A stretch of 64,000 bases of DNA. Origin: Octopus sinensis. Lineage: Eukaryota. A model generated the notes under the pieces. It did not search any database and was not told the DNA's origin. It saw only the letters and a program-made list of their open reading frames with translations. The DNA lies in assembly GCF_006345805.1 (NCBI RefSeq), contig NC_043001.1:114452001-114516000 (forward strand), read 5' to 3'. Shown piece after piece: positions 52,333 through 64,000 of the stretch (positions within the stretch are counted from its first letter, which is position 1; the number at the start of each line of letters is the position of its first letter). The translations under genes were made by a program, and so were the position numbers.

Positions 52333-54148
52333 AGTTTCAGCTCACAAGGTGTGGCCATGCTGGGGCACCGCCATTTGGTGTTGCTACATGATTTTACTTG
52401 ACGAATGCTTTTTAGCAAATGCCATCTGCACCTCCTGCCGTGAAGTTGGTTCACCTGGGACACCTGACAAGAAGAGATCCAGTTTCATTTTAAAGACATC
52501 TGCATCCACCCAATGCAGGTCTCTTAGGTTCTTCGGGAGGATATTGAAGAGCTGTTGGCCTCGGAAGCCCAGACTATCACAGTATATTGTCCTACATCTT
52601 GATGGCAAATTTGGAGTCCTTGGCACTATACAGTGGCGTACAGTTCTGGCAAAGTTTGGGACAAGTCCTTCTAGGATCTTCCAGATGTATATTATGGCAT
52701 ATCTTTCTCGCCTACGCTCTAAGGAATAGAGTCTCAATCTTCTGAGTCTTTCCCAGTAGCTTATATGCTGCATAGAGGCTATCTTCTTCGTGTAGTTGCA
52801 TTGGATCGCCTCAAGTTCTGTGATTAACTTGACACTGGATGTTGACCATAGCTGAGAGCAGTAGTCAAAGTGGCTTAGGACAAGTGTCCTCCAGAGGACC
52901 ATCATGGTTTCCTGGTCTCTTGTTCTAAAGGTTCTAAGAATCCATCCGGTCAGCCGCCTACATTTCATTGCCAATTTAGCAACATGCACATGAATGTTGC
53001 ATCATCACTCATGTAAATACCCAGGTCTCGCACTGAGTGTGCCTCTGGGATTGCAATCCCTCCAGGTTCAGCGTATTTATTGGGTATTGCATTTAGTTTT
53101 GAATGCTGATAGTATAAAGCTTGAAACTTTTCAGCATTGAACTGCATGCTATTCTTTTCAGCGCACTTGTATATTCTCCCAATTTTCCAACTATGCCAAG
53201 ATCACGCAGTTTGTGACATATCATTCCATGATCGACTTTATCAAAGGCCTTTGCAAAGTCGAGATATATGACTTCCACATGTGAGTGGTTGAGCAGTCGT
53301 TTCAGCACCCAGTCATAGTGTTGTAGGAGCTGAGTTAAGCAGCTTCTTCCTGGTCGGAAACCATGTTGGGTGTCAGGCAGCAAGTCATTTTCTTCAAGGA
53401 AGGTGATTAGTTTCCTTCTGACTATTCGTTCCATGACCTTGCTGATGTGTGAGGTCAGAGAGATAGGTCTGTAGTTCTTGGCCTCCGCTCTGCTACCTCC
53501 TTTATGAATAGGGCATATTTTACCTTCTTTCAGTTTTCTTGGAAGTTTGCCAGTTGCAAGGAAGTTCTGAAAGAGGAACTGCAGTGGTCTTGCTATGACT
53601 CTCTTACATACTTTTAGAAGGATTGCTGGGAATCCATCGGGGCCAGTAGCTGTGTTTGTTTTCATTTCATCAATAGCCTTTATTACATCGTCTTCCTTTA
53701 TATTGATGTAATCAATCATCGCTGCCTCTGATTTTATATCTGCAGTGGTAAAGAAGTCAGTTGGATTGCTGACTTGAAAATGCCCTAGGGGTGGAGTGAA
53801 AATACTCTTGAATTGCTCATTTAGTATTTCACTTACCCTCATTGGATTTCCTGTGAGTGTGCCATCCTTTTCAGGAGTGGCCCTATCCTACAGTGCACCG
53901 TAGCTGTTTCTTTGGCATACCTGTAGAAAGCTCTGGGGTTAGATTTTATGTTGTCTATAGCCCAGGCTTCTTTGTCTGCTCTTTCTTTTTCATGGGAGAG
54001 TTGCAGACATTTTTCAATTTCCAATAGTTTTATTTTCAGGCGGGACTTTTCACTGCTTTCAATTTGTTTGTTTAAGCGATTAGAAACTTTTGTACGCCAT
54101 CTCATTAGGACTTTCCTCTCTCTGGGGATTTTGCTATTGTGTACAGTA
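52333..54148 (-). mobile_element. CR1-group LINE, 5'-truncated, frameshifted, with RT core deletion
   Basis: ATGPDGFP..NYRPISLTSHISKVMERIV..QHGFRPGRSCLTQLL..YLDFAKAFDKVDH; jumps near 53170 to MQFNAEKFQ (PQG and YADD motifs missing); C-terminal LYSLERRRERY; 3' tail GGCGGTGCCCCAGCATGGCC. Confidence 0.92.
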
Positions 54149-54150
54149 TG

Positions 54151-54181
<31 letters not shown>

Positions 54182-54211
54182 TATATTATATATATATATA
54201 TATTTGTATAT

Positions 54212-54262
<51 letters not shown>

Positions 54263-54265
54263 ATA

Positions 54266-54297
<32 letters not shown>

Positions 54298-54549
54298 ATG
54301 GTGATAGGAAAACTCGAAATAAGCGTTGTTAGATATCCATAGACTAGTTATTTATGAGTATTTATAATCCAGTTTCTTCGCCAAAGACTAGTGCTTGCCT
54401 CGCCGATTGTTAGCTATAGAGGCGAGCTTCGCTGAACTGCTATGAAATTAGAAAAACAGATAAACAAACACAAGTACGCTTAATATGTATATTTATGTAT
54501 CCATAGTACAGAAAAAAGCATCAAATTAAATGATAGTAGTTATCTAATA

Positions 54550-55700
54550 CTTTAATCTTAACAGCTGTTTCAGGAACATCATGCCTTATGGCAGAACCAT
54601 ATACATATATTATAATGTCACATGGTGTCGTAAGTGTACGTCTAACCTATCCTATGGATAGGTTAGGTGAAGCGATTGCAACCTCATAAGAAGAAAATTG
54701 CAAATGCGTATTTCACAGCATGCTTTACAACTATAAATATTTATAGAGAACAGAGTGGATTAGTAAGGAATGGACAAGAGGGAAGTAAAGGAATATGGGT
54801 GGGGAAGAGTGGGTTGACTAAAGAAGGATTCTACAATGAAGCTATCAGTTGCTGAAAACCAATGAACGGTAGATAAAATCTGTTATAATAGCGGAGCAAT
54901 TGCTGCGTCATCTACTAATGTAGTAAATACTAGAGAAGCCACCAGCAATAAACGTAGGTAGCAAGATAAGTAGATTCGAAAAGAAAACACATACAATAGA
55001 TTGGGGAGAGAAACTTTATAGGTTAGTAAGAGACGGAGGAATTTGAAAGAATTAGATTCTGTAAGATGAGAAGCTTGGCTTACGGCAAAAATTACGATGA
55101 TTTAATGTAATGTAAGAAAGTTTTATAGATTTTATACAGGCATGGGAAAATTATCTAAGAGAAGCGATTTAGTAGAGTAAACTTACTGTGATCTAATATA
55201 TGCTTAGACAAAGCAGGTCACCCTCACTGGAATCAAATGACAAATGCGTATTTAATAGCACTATATTTACAATTCATTCCTACATATCAGAATAAAAACG
55301 GCCCAAGTAATGAGTAATTTACATTGGACAATCAGTCAATCCAACGAGGAAGGAACAATTCCGAACAGTCTTTAAGAACAATGGTTATCCAAAATCTTTC
55401 AGCAAACGAAAGAACATCTTCAGATCACCTATCAAAGCTCTCTTCAACCTGGAATAAAGTGCGTTCTTTGAAACAACCATAATTTGATACAAAACGGCTG
55501 CAATTCTCCAAGCTATCCGCAGGGAGAGATTGAATGTATGGCTGATATACTCCAGCTCTTTCCTAGAGACTTCCCAACATAATACAACGTCATATGTATG
55601 TTGTCCAACTGCTTGAACCGCAATGGGAGCGTCTTGCCTGCCGTCTTTCGTGTGAATAAAATATGTAACACAATGTAGGATGAATCCTACATTTGAAACA
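54550..55700 (-). mobile_element. Highly decayed CR1/L2-group RT remnant
   Basis: Minus fragments EESFDR (AFDRV-like, ~55430), SLLGPFLF*Y (~55290) and SNSFKFLRLL (~55040). Confidence 0.4.
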
Positions 55701-56203
55701 CTATCAGAGAGTTCGTATCCGTATTACAGAAATCTCTATTCTGATACTTCTTCCATCAAAAAATAGAGGTGGAAATGCCAAACCTAAGACATACATGTAT
55801 CTATTGGCACCACGGAACGAAAAAATTAAAACCTGAGGATAAAAGAACCATCATCATTTACTATTGAAAATAAAACTGCGCTATACGCATGGGACTGACT
55901 ATTATAGAAATGCTATCATGCGTATGTCAAACCTAACCACTCTTCTTCACACAGACACAAACATACGCACACACACAACACACACATACACACACACACA
56001 TTAACACACGCATACACACAAACATAAAAGCATAGTATGGAGTAGAATAGCTAGCTCGCAGCACCAAATCTCTCACATCCTTTTTCAGAATGGAAGTTAT
56101 AAGCATCGAAATATGAATAACTTATTTTATCACCTTCAAAACTTCAATTCACCTTACTGATAACTAGTACTGTGTCGCCGCTTGGAAGAAAAAACCAGTT
56201 AAA

Positions 56204-56242
<39 letters not shown>

Positions 56243-57139
56243 CGCACACACACACACATACACACACACATATGAGGTTGTTAAACAGGGAATTAGACTG
56301 AGATTACTACTGCTATAGTTATATCAATCCATCGTCTTAGACTGGCACTTCTTTAACGACACTGAAATACTGACAGTAAGAGTCTTTCTCGGCAATAATT
56401 GAGCTCAGAGCGCAAAGCAACGGGACAAATACCTCGAGGCATACTATTCGACTATCTAACAACTATGCCAATTTTTCACTTGTTTGTTTCATTTTCTTTC
56501 CTTCCGGATATTTCTGTATTCTCAGTTACTACATGCTAATGGCTAATACTATGATCTGGCGTTTAATGAAGGGTTCTTTGTTTTAATGCCAATAGTGGAT
56601 GACTATGAAACAATGCAAGCAAAGTATGTGAACGTCTCAATTGATTTCAGGATTCGTTTATTGATTTCAGTGATGTTTTTTATAAGGTTTTGTTAAGCAT
56701 ATCCTCCCTTTGGTGAGAAATATCCAGTCTTTGATGTGCTGATGGTTAAGATCCTTAATGTTGACAGGCAGCCATAAATGTATTTATAGCTAATTACACA
56801 TCACTTTTAGAAAGAGTCACTAAGGTGCAATCATGAACAAAAAAAAGAAATCCGGTAAATTTGCGTGCTTAACTGCCGTGACTAAGTGTAATATTAAAGG
56901 GTTGTAAACTTATCGATCTGTTCCTTTGAATGCCTAAATCGTTATCTGGGAAATAATCAATGATTATAGAACTCAACAAGAGGTAGAACAATGTTGTAGT
57001 CAAGACCTGTTATACGCAGTAACATTCAAGGCGGAGAGAATCTATTTAATTATAATTGGGTTTCCTATACCTACGTCTCTATCTATTTGCCTGTCTACCT
57101 ATATATATTCATCTAGTAATATACATATATATATATATA

Positions 57140-57187
<48 letters not shown>

Positions 57188-57418
57188 AGTGTGTGTGTAT
57201 ATGGAAAGATACAGTTTGTTTACTTTCATCGTAAGTTGAATATGTATCTAAGTTTTTCTATTTGACGGCCTCTATTTCTCTATTTCTAAGTATATATCTC
57301 TACCTATACATCAATCTATTTATCATTCTAATGAACTATCTATCTCCCTGCATGACTGTCTGCTATAAACTACATGCATACTATTCTTTACACATTTAGC
57401 TGGAATTTCTCTTTTCGT

Positions 57419-57457
<39 letters not shown>

Positions 57458-57679
57458 CATAATGCTTAAGAAAACTTTATGTATATATATATCTGTGTTT
57501 GTGTGTGTATCATACAGAAAAGGAAGTTGAACAGAGCATATCTCTTTAAAGAGGAATCTATCTTCTCAAAACCCCACATGTATACACACAATATTTATAT
57601 GTATATAAATACATAATATATATATAATATGTATATATACATACATTATATATATATATAATGCATATATATATAATAT

Positions 57680-57724
<45 letters not shown>

Positions 57725-57811
57725 TATTAGAGACAAAACCACTATCTTGCAAAACAAACAAGGAAAGACTTAATCAATACATAAAATTTTAATAAATAGT
57801 CAAAAAAACCG

Positions 57812-57854
57812 CCACTACAATCGTTTCTTGTCTTGATCGACAATCTTCAGGTGG
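57812..57854 (-). ncRNA. Compact 43-nt type I hammerhead ribozyme (family B)
   Basis: CCAC-CUGAAGA-UUGUC-GAUCAA-GACAA-GAAAC-GAUU-GUA-GUGG: intact core, stems I, II and III all pair. Confidence 0.85.
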
Positions 57855-57980
57855 ACTTCCAATCTAAAAAAATCAAAATTTTAAAAAATAAAAAAATAAT
57901 AATTTTAATAATTAAAGTATAAATGAAAAAAATATAAGTATATAATCCATATATAACCTATATATAAACCTATCGAAATA

Positions 57981-59012
57981 TAGACAAATTACACGAATTC
58001 CCTAAAAAAAACCATGATAAAACAAAACTCTTAAAAACATATAACGATAAAATCTCCCTTTGCTAAACTCTATAACAAACCTATAAAGTAATCCCCCTAA
58101 CCTAACATTCACACACAAATACACACACGTAAACCACAGACTCACGACTTATACACATACCTATACTAACTTATAAACCAATAAACACCCAAAACCCACT
58201 CCCTCCCCACACAGACAAATTAACACATACATCCCAAAACCTAAATAACAAACCATATACACATTCACACAAACACACACTCACACGCAAACACACTCAC
58301 ACACAAAAGATACATATACTCCCTCACATATACGCCTATACATACTCACTAAACTCGACATATACAACAATACTTACACACCCACAAAAAACATTATATA
58401 CATTTATGAGCTTTAACTCACCTTAGCAGCTCTAACAAAAAACTTGCAGTAACCAATCCCATTCTCTATGCCTACCTCACTACTACACTATTCCATTCAC
58501 AATTCCAAGCAACGCTAGTCCACCACCGGGTTATTCACGTGGCAAAACGAACACCACTCAAAAATTATGAATGAAACAATGTAAAAAAATAACCAACACC
58601 TAAAATAGACAAAATACCACGAATTACCTAAAAAAACCATGATAAACCAAAACTCATAAAAGCATATAACGATAAAATCTCCCTTTGCTAAACCCTATAA
58701 AAACTTATATAGCAATCCCCCTAACCAACATTCACAACACAAATACACACACGTAAACCACAGACCAAGACTTATACACAAACCTATACTGACTTATAAA
58801 CCTCAATATACCATCCAAAATCCACTCCCTCCCCACACAGACAAATTAACACATACATCCCAAATCCTAAATACAAACCCAAATACACATTCACACACAA
58901 ACACACACACACGCAAAACACACACACACAACAGATACATATGCTCCCTCACATATACGCATATACATACTCTCTAAACTCGATATATACAACAATATTT
59001 ACACACCCACAC
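57981..59012. repeat. Internal direct duplication (~400 bp) in the family B body
   Basis: 57981-58386 aligns with 58606-59012; ~58391-58530 is also repeated at ~59408-59549. Confidence 0.85.
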
Positions 59013-59648
59013 TGATACAGATAAATAAATTAATTATACAATTAAAAACTCACAACCAATCTCATATACATAAAACACTCCTATGAAAACAACATTAATA
59101 CATCGTAATTAACCAGAATATCAAAAATAACAATGACATAAGATAAATCAAATACATACTTACAATTCAGTTACAAATTATGAAGTGAAATTAGATTCTT
59201 AGCCGTTAAAAAACCAAACAAAAATTACGTTACCATGGAAATAACTTATGTAAAAAAAAGAATACGCGCCATAGAAAGTAAACGTCATTCATAGTATGAA
59301 TGGAGAAATATAATAAATGGAACTAAAAACTATATCCACGTAGCAAACCAACGCTACTTAAAAAAATTTATTATGAATGGATTCTTTAAAAACTACCATG
59401 AAAAATCAATTATATACATTTATGAGCTTTAGCTCACCCTAGCAGCTCTAACAAACAACTTGCAGTAACCCATAACTATTCTCAATGCCTACCTCACTAC
59501 CACACTAATCCATTCACAATTCCAAGCAACGCTAGTCCACCAACCGGGGTACATACCAACTCTACCCAATCATTCACAATTAAACGACTTTCCCTTCAAC
59601 ACTACACATTTTTTTATTTTTTAAAATTTTGATTTTTTAGATTGGAAG

Positions 59649-59691
59649 TCCCCTGAAGATTGTCGATCAAGACAAGAAACGATTGTAGTGG
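59649..59691 (+). ncRNA. Hammerhead ribozyme, second family B copy with weakened stem I
   Basis: Identical core (CTGAAGA 59653-59659, GAAAC 59676-59680, GTA 59685-59687); the 5' stem I strand has lost one A. Confidence 0.6.
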
Positions 59692-62600
59692 CTGTTTTTT
59701 TGACTATTTATTAAAATTTTATGTATTGATTAAGTCTTTCCTTGTTTGTTTTGCAAGATAGTGGTTTTGTCTCTAATAATATTTTATAATATTTTACTTT
59801 AAAATTGGATTTAATCCTAAATCTGATTTTTTTCCCTGTAAATTTGGATTTATTCCCTAATATTTATTATTATAAATATATATATATATATATATACATA
59901 CATAATCTATATACACACATATATATATATATACACATATATACATACATACAGATATATATATATATATATATATAACATCTTTTGTTTACTGAAGCTA
60001 TATTACTAATAGACCGTTTGACAGTGTCACAAAATAATAGATTGAAAGTGATTGGTTTGTAGCTATGTACCAAAATACTTCCATGCTTTGTAGTACAACA
60101 TGCTATAACGGAGTTATGAAACACAACGGTAAATGTCGATTTGAAATAACCATTACGTCTCAAACACTGTGTAATTTTTTCAGCTTCACCACATGATTTC
60201 AGATCAACTCACTGGCTAAAGCACTATAGCAAGTAAAGGTTATTAAGTATTTGATTATATTTGATTTTACAATGACTACTGTGCAAAATTATGACTCCTT
60301 TAAGTTTTCAATTTTGACGATGTTTTTCTATAGTTTCGACAGGTTTCTTCAAAGCACCAGTTCATATGAAATGAACGAAAGCAATATTCACTTATTATAT
60401 CTCAAAGTAACCAAAATCAAATTTACTGCGAGGCAGCATAAGTATGTCTGGATTTTATTAGCTTGTTTTGTCTTAGCCTACGGGCTATATTTTGAATTTT
60501 CTCCAGGCATCTGACTATATTAGAAACAGTTAACTTGTATCTTCAAATAAAATACGATAAATTGTTTTGAAGTAATTTCATTTGTCTTTGAACTCTACAC
60601 TGTGTTTTTCACTTATTTTATAGATATTAGTGAAATGAAAACAAACAAACTTTCAAGCAGTAAATGTCGATCTTACACGGTAATTCGATACCATGGTATA
60701 TAGTCTAGACAATTTAGTCTAACTTTATTGTGTTTGTTGACATGGGCATGGCTGTATGTTTCAGAGGCTTGCTTAGCAACTGCTCTATATCTCCATCTGT
60801 GGTTCAGTCAAAGTGCGCGCTACTTGGGTGTCTTATCACATGACGACCAACTTAAGACGCGTGGATCAAATTTGGTAAAGATAAAATAGGCGAGAATCCC
60901 ATCTATTCTTACATATGGCTTGTAGATTTACACAGTCGACTGGTTTAGCGTCCCGAGATGGCCCTTGGAGGACTTTAGCGGAGTCTAATCTATTTCGAGT
61001 ATTCAGTTTTGCCCTTCTCCAACCAACAAACTTTGTCTCCTCCCCCGCCACGAAACAAATAATGAAACACATATATCTCGAACCTTTTCCATTACCATAG
61101 TTTAATATTATATTTCGAAATATTAGTAAATATTTAATGACTCATTAATAATTTCATAAATTTCAAAATCATAACTAGGTAAATAGTTGGCTAAAAGCGT
61201 AGTTTCTCCTAAGCAAATATATTTTTCTTTTGCTTGTGTTTATTTTTCTGTTCACAATATACTTTCTGGCTCTCATTTCAAGTGATATAAAATTGGCTTC
61301 AGGCCATCATCACTTAGTAAAACATTCTTTCAATAAGAGACGCCATGAACACTAACATTCGCTCAACATAAATGTGGAACTACGCAGTTTATGTGAAAAG
61401 TGGTTTTTAATGGCAATTCTGTTGTCAAAGAATAACTTTATTATATTATTTGATTTATTATTATATCAACTCTTATTTCAATCTTTATATTTCTGACCTA
61501 CCACATTTACATTTTCTTTTCTCTAAAAATCTCTTGTTTCCACAAACATTTCTTTCCAATTCAGATACGTTCACAGCAATATTGCTTTACATATTTATCC
61601 ATCGTCACTTCATAAATATTCCTGATTATAAAAAGGCTTTCGCCGCTGGCTATGTTTGGTGTTGAAATTTGGCTTTCAACAATAATATTTTCTTCAAACT
61701 GATAGATGTAAACGTGAATGAAATATTATAAATTAACAAGTAAGGCTTGCAATATAAAATATAAAATAAGCTACAGATACAAAACATGCTACAACTTAAT
61801 ACAATGCATTTTCCTTCTTAAAAAGTTAAGACTTAAATTTTGCCAAATATGCATAAAACTACAGCTTTGTAAAGAAATTATGTAAACAGAATCCCTTGAG
61901 ATTTGGAACGGGACTTCTATAATATTAATTAATGACAGCTTATTTTGCACGCCTTTGATCTGGCATTTGCAAACGTGTGAGAGTACTACATTGCTCAACA
62001 GGTGGAGCCACCGCCTATATGTTGTGTACATCAGCCACAGTGAACTACATTGACATCATTGCCCAACCGAAATAACATATTACAATAACCCAACATGATT
62101 TTAAGGACGGTTATTGCCAACCAGTACAGTGATTTTTAGTAACCAATATATAAGTTGGCCACAGCACAATGGAAGAATATTTGATGTTGATAAAGGTAAT
62201 CCCGCACACATATTACACCACTTAGTCACTCTAAAATTTGCACTATCATCCAGGCACAGAAGCTACTTGATAAAACAGGGCAACCAATTGTGACTAGATT
62301 AACAACATTTAGTTTGGTTTTAAAAAAACACATAAAACTTAAGGTATAATCGAAAAGGTTATCTAATTGTAGGTGTGTTTTAAATTATATTTTACCTCAT
62401 TATAAATCTCCAAATGGACAATGCCACAAGCCCTTTGAAATTTATTACAACCGATTGATTCTCTAAGCTATTTTCTTACCTTCCCTGTCTCCTTACTGAA
62501 AATTCTGTTTCAAAACAATGTTTAGCTCGTAAATTATCCCCTTGCACGATTCATACATTTTTAACTTCATACTTATGTACTTTCGTCAGTAACAGTTTGT

Positions 62601-63184
62601 TCATATCTATGCATTTTTATATTATTTAGCTAATTTACACCCCATTTTATTTTATTTTACTTTATCTAAATTTCATTGTGTACTTAGTGTTGATTAATGG
62701 GTTTCAATGAAATTTATCAGGTCGCAATAAATTTCTTTTTGATATTTTCTACGCTCCCGTGTTCTATTGATCACAATCGTCCGAAGACTGGAAACAAGAA
62801 ACTTGGTACAACGATTTCTAATGATTCAGCTTCTAATGAATATAATAAAATTACAATATCGAAGAATGCTAAAGAATAGCGTTAATTAGGATTATTTGAT
62901 TTACTCCTTGACAAGATTCACAAAGAATTCAAAATTCTCTTACATGTCTGCATGTAAGAGAACAAAAAGTAAAAAAAAACAAAAAATATACGTGCTAATA
63001 GACAATATACCATTTGGTTTCAGCGGTAACATCGATGCGTTCCTCATATACATTATTTTATATGTTTCTCAAAGAAATAGTGGATACATAGATATATGAT
63101 AATAAAGAAAATGGATATGAATCAATTTATGTATGTGGAATATCACATTATATCGCATTATTCCTGCTCATGCTTACTTGTATA

Positions 63185-63299
63185 TATATGTGTGTGTGTG
63201 TATACGTATGTATGCATGAATATATGTATGCATGAATATATGTATGCATGAATATATGTATGTATGTATATATATATACATATATATATGTTTATATAC

Positions 63300-63358
<59 letters not shown>

Positions 63359-63362
63359 TATA
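63185..63362. repeat. Compound (TG)/(TATG)/16-mer x3/(TA)n repeat
   Basis: TATGTATGCATGAATA three times, then a long (TA)n; representative of many TA tracts (e.g. 5209, 13457, 27408, 31809, 41700, 54150). Confidence 0.9.
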
Positions 63363-64000
63363 TAAGCAAGATTGTAAGTATATATTTTGTGTATGCGCCT
63401 GTGTCATTGCGTGCACGAGCGTGTAAGTGTGCAAAACACAATGAATATGTTAACTATTGTTCCCCTTAAAATATGTACATTAAATTTCAGTTCTAATCAT
63501 TCCGAATCATTTATTATGTATAGGCCAGTGATGTTTGAATTTTTATCTTCGGAAGCGAAAGTTTCCAAGATTGAAAGATACATTTTAAATTACAATGTTT
63601 CCGAGTGCGACCGAGTGATACCGAGTACTATCGAGTCATATTTCTTTATGTTCTGGCATGGAAACAGAATGACGTACAGCATGTAATCTTCCTCCAGAAA
63701 CTTCTCAGTGCAATGTACGCAGGAGTGTATAAGACCATTGTAAATTGATTATGTTTTGCCCGATTCACTATAATACTGATAATGCAAATTAATAACCATT
63801 AATTGACTTATTTACTGTAAGTATATTACATATTATTATCGACAACATATTCACTATGATTGCTGCGTGTTTTCTTTTGAGTTGGTGAACTCACATACGT
63901 TGCTATGTTGATCCATGAACTGAAGTGTGATCAGTAAATTATATCATATTACCAGTTCATTGCTTTATTGTGTTCAATAGAGTTAATGGCCACTAGGTAA

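Larger units (their letters stand above)
57721..59875. mobile_element. Penelope-like insertion with inverted pseudo-LTRs (family B), (TA)n-flanked
   Basis: ~57721-57895 is the reverse complement of ~59606-59783; each arm contains a hammerhead. Interior is G-poor, with an internal duplication and only weak GIY-YIG-like remnants at ~59230-59340. Confidence 0.7.

Noticed and set aside
53093-53842. Functional reverse transcriptase gene (249 aa ORF)
   Set aside because: Frameshifts separate adjacent ORFs and the catalytic YADD region is deleted.
57900-59600. Mitochondrial insertion (NUMT) suggested by G-poor strand skew
   Set aside because: No mitochondrial protein, rRNA or tRNA recognised, and the region is enclosed by hammerhead-bearing inverted repeats.
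60251-63099. Short ORFs near the right end as host exons
   Set aside because: No recognisable domains and no consistent splice-site pairs.

Overview
AT-rich eukaryotic DNA dominated by microsatellites and decayed mobile elements. The SINE repertoire suggests a cephalopod, probably Octopus (inference). I cannot support any host protein-coding gene, rRNA, true tRNA gene or CRISPR array, and most ORFs in the track are simple-repeat translations. Recognisable elements: five R4/Dong-type RLE LINE pieces, each abutting (AAT)n; Tx1/L1, CR1-group and RTE LINE remnants; an internally deleted mariner; many tRNA-headed SINEs with exchangeable heads and tails; and Penelope-like elements (PLEs) with inverted pseudo-LTRs in (TA)n. 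The main finding is three unrelated (TA)n-embedded repeat families that each carry a minimal type I hammerhead ribozyme fold with a GUA cleavage triplet and a self-complementary or near-self-complementary stem III. One is compact and canonical (57812-57854), one has a large branched stem II insertion (28756-28847), and one has a core variant with A6 replaced by U in a ~190-bp non-coding element present three times. All folds, alignments and translations were done by eye; ribozyme activity and family names need computational and biochemical confirmation.
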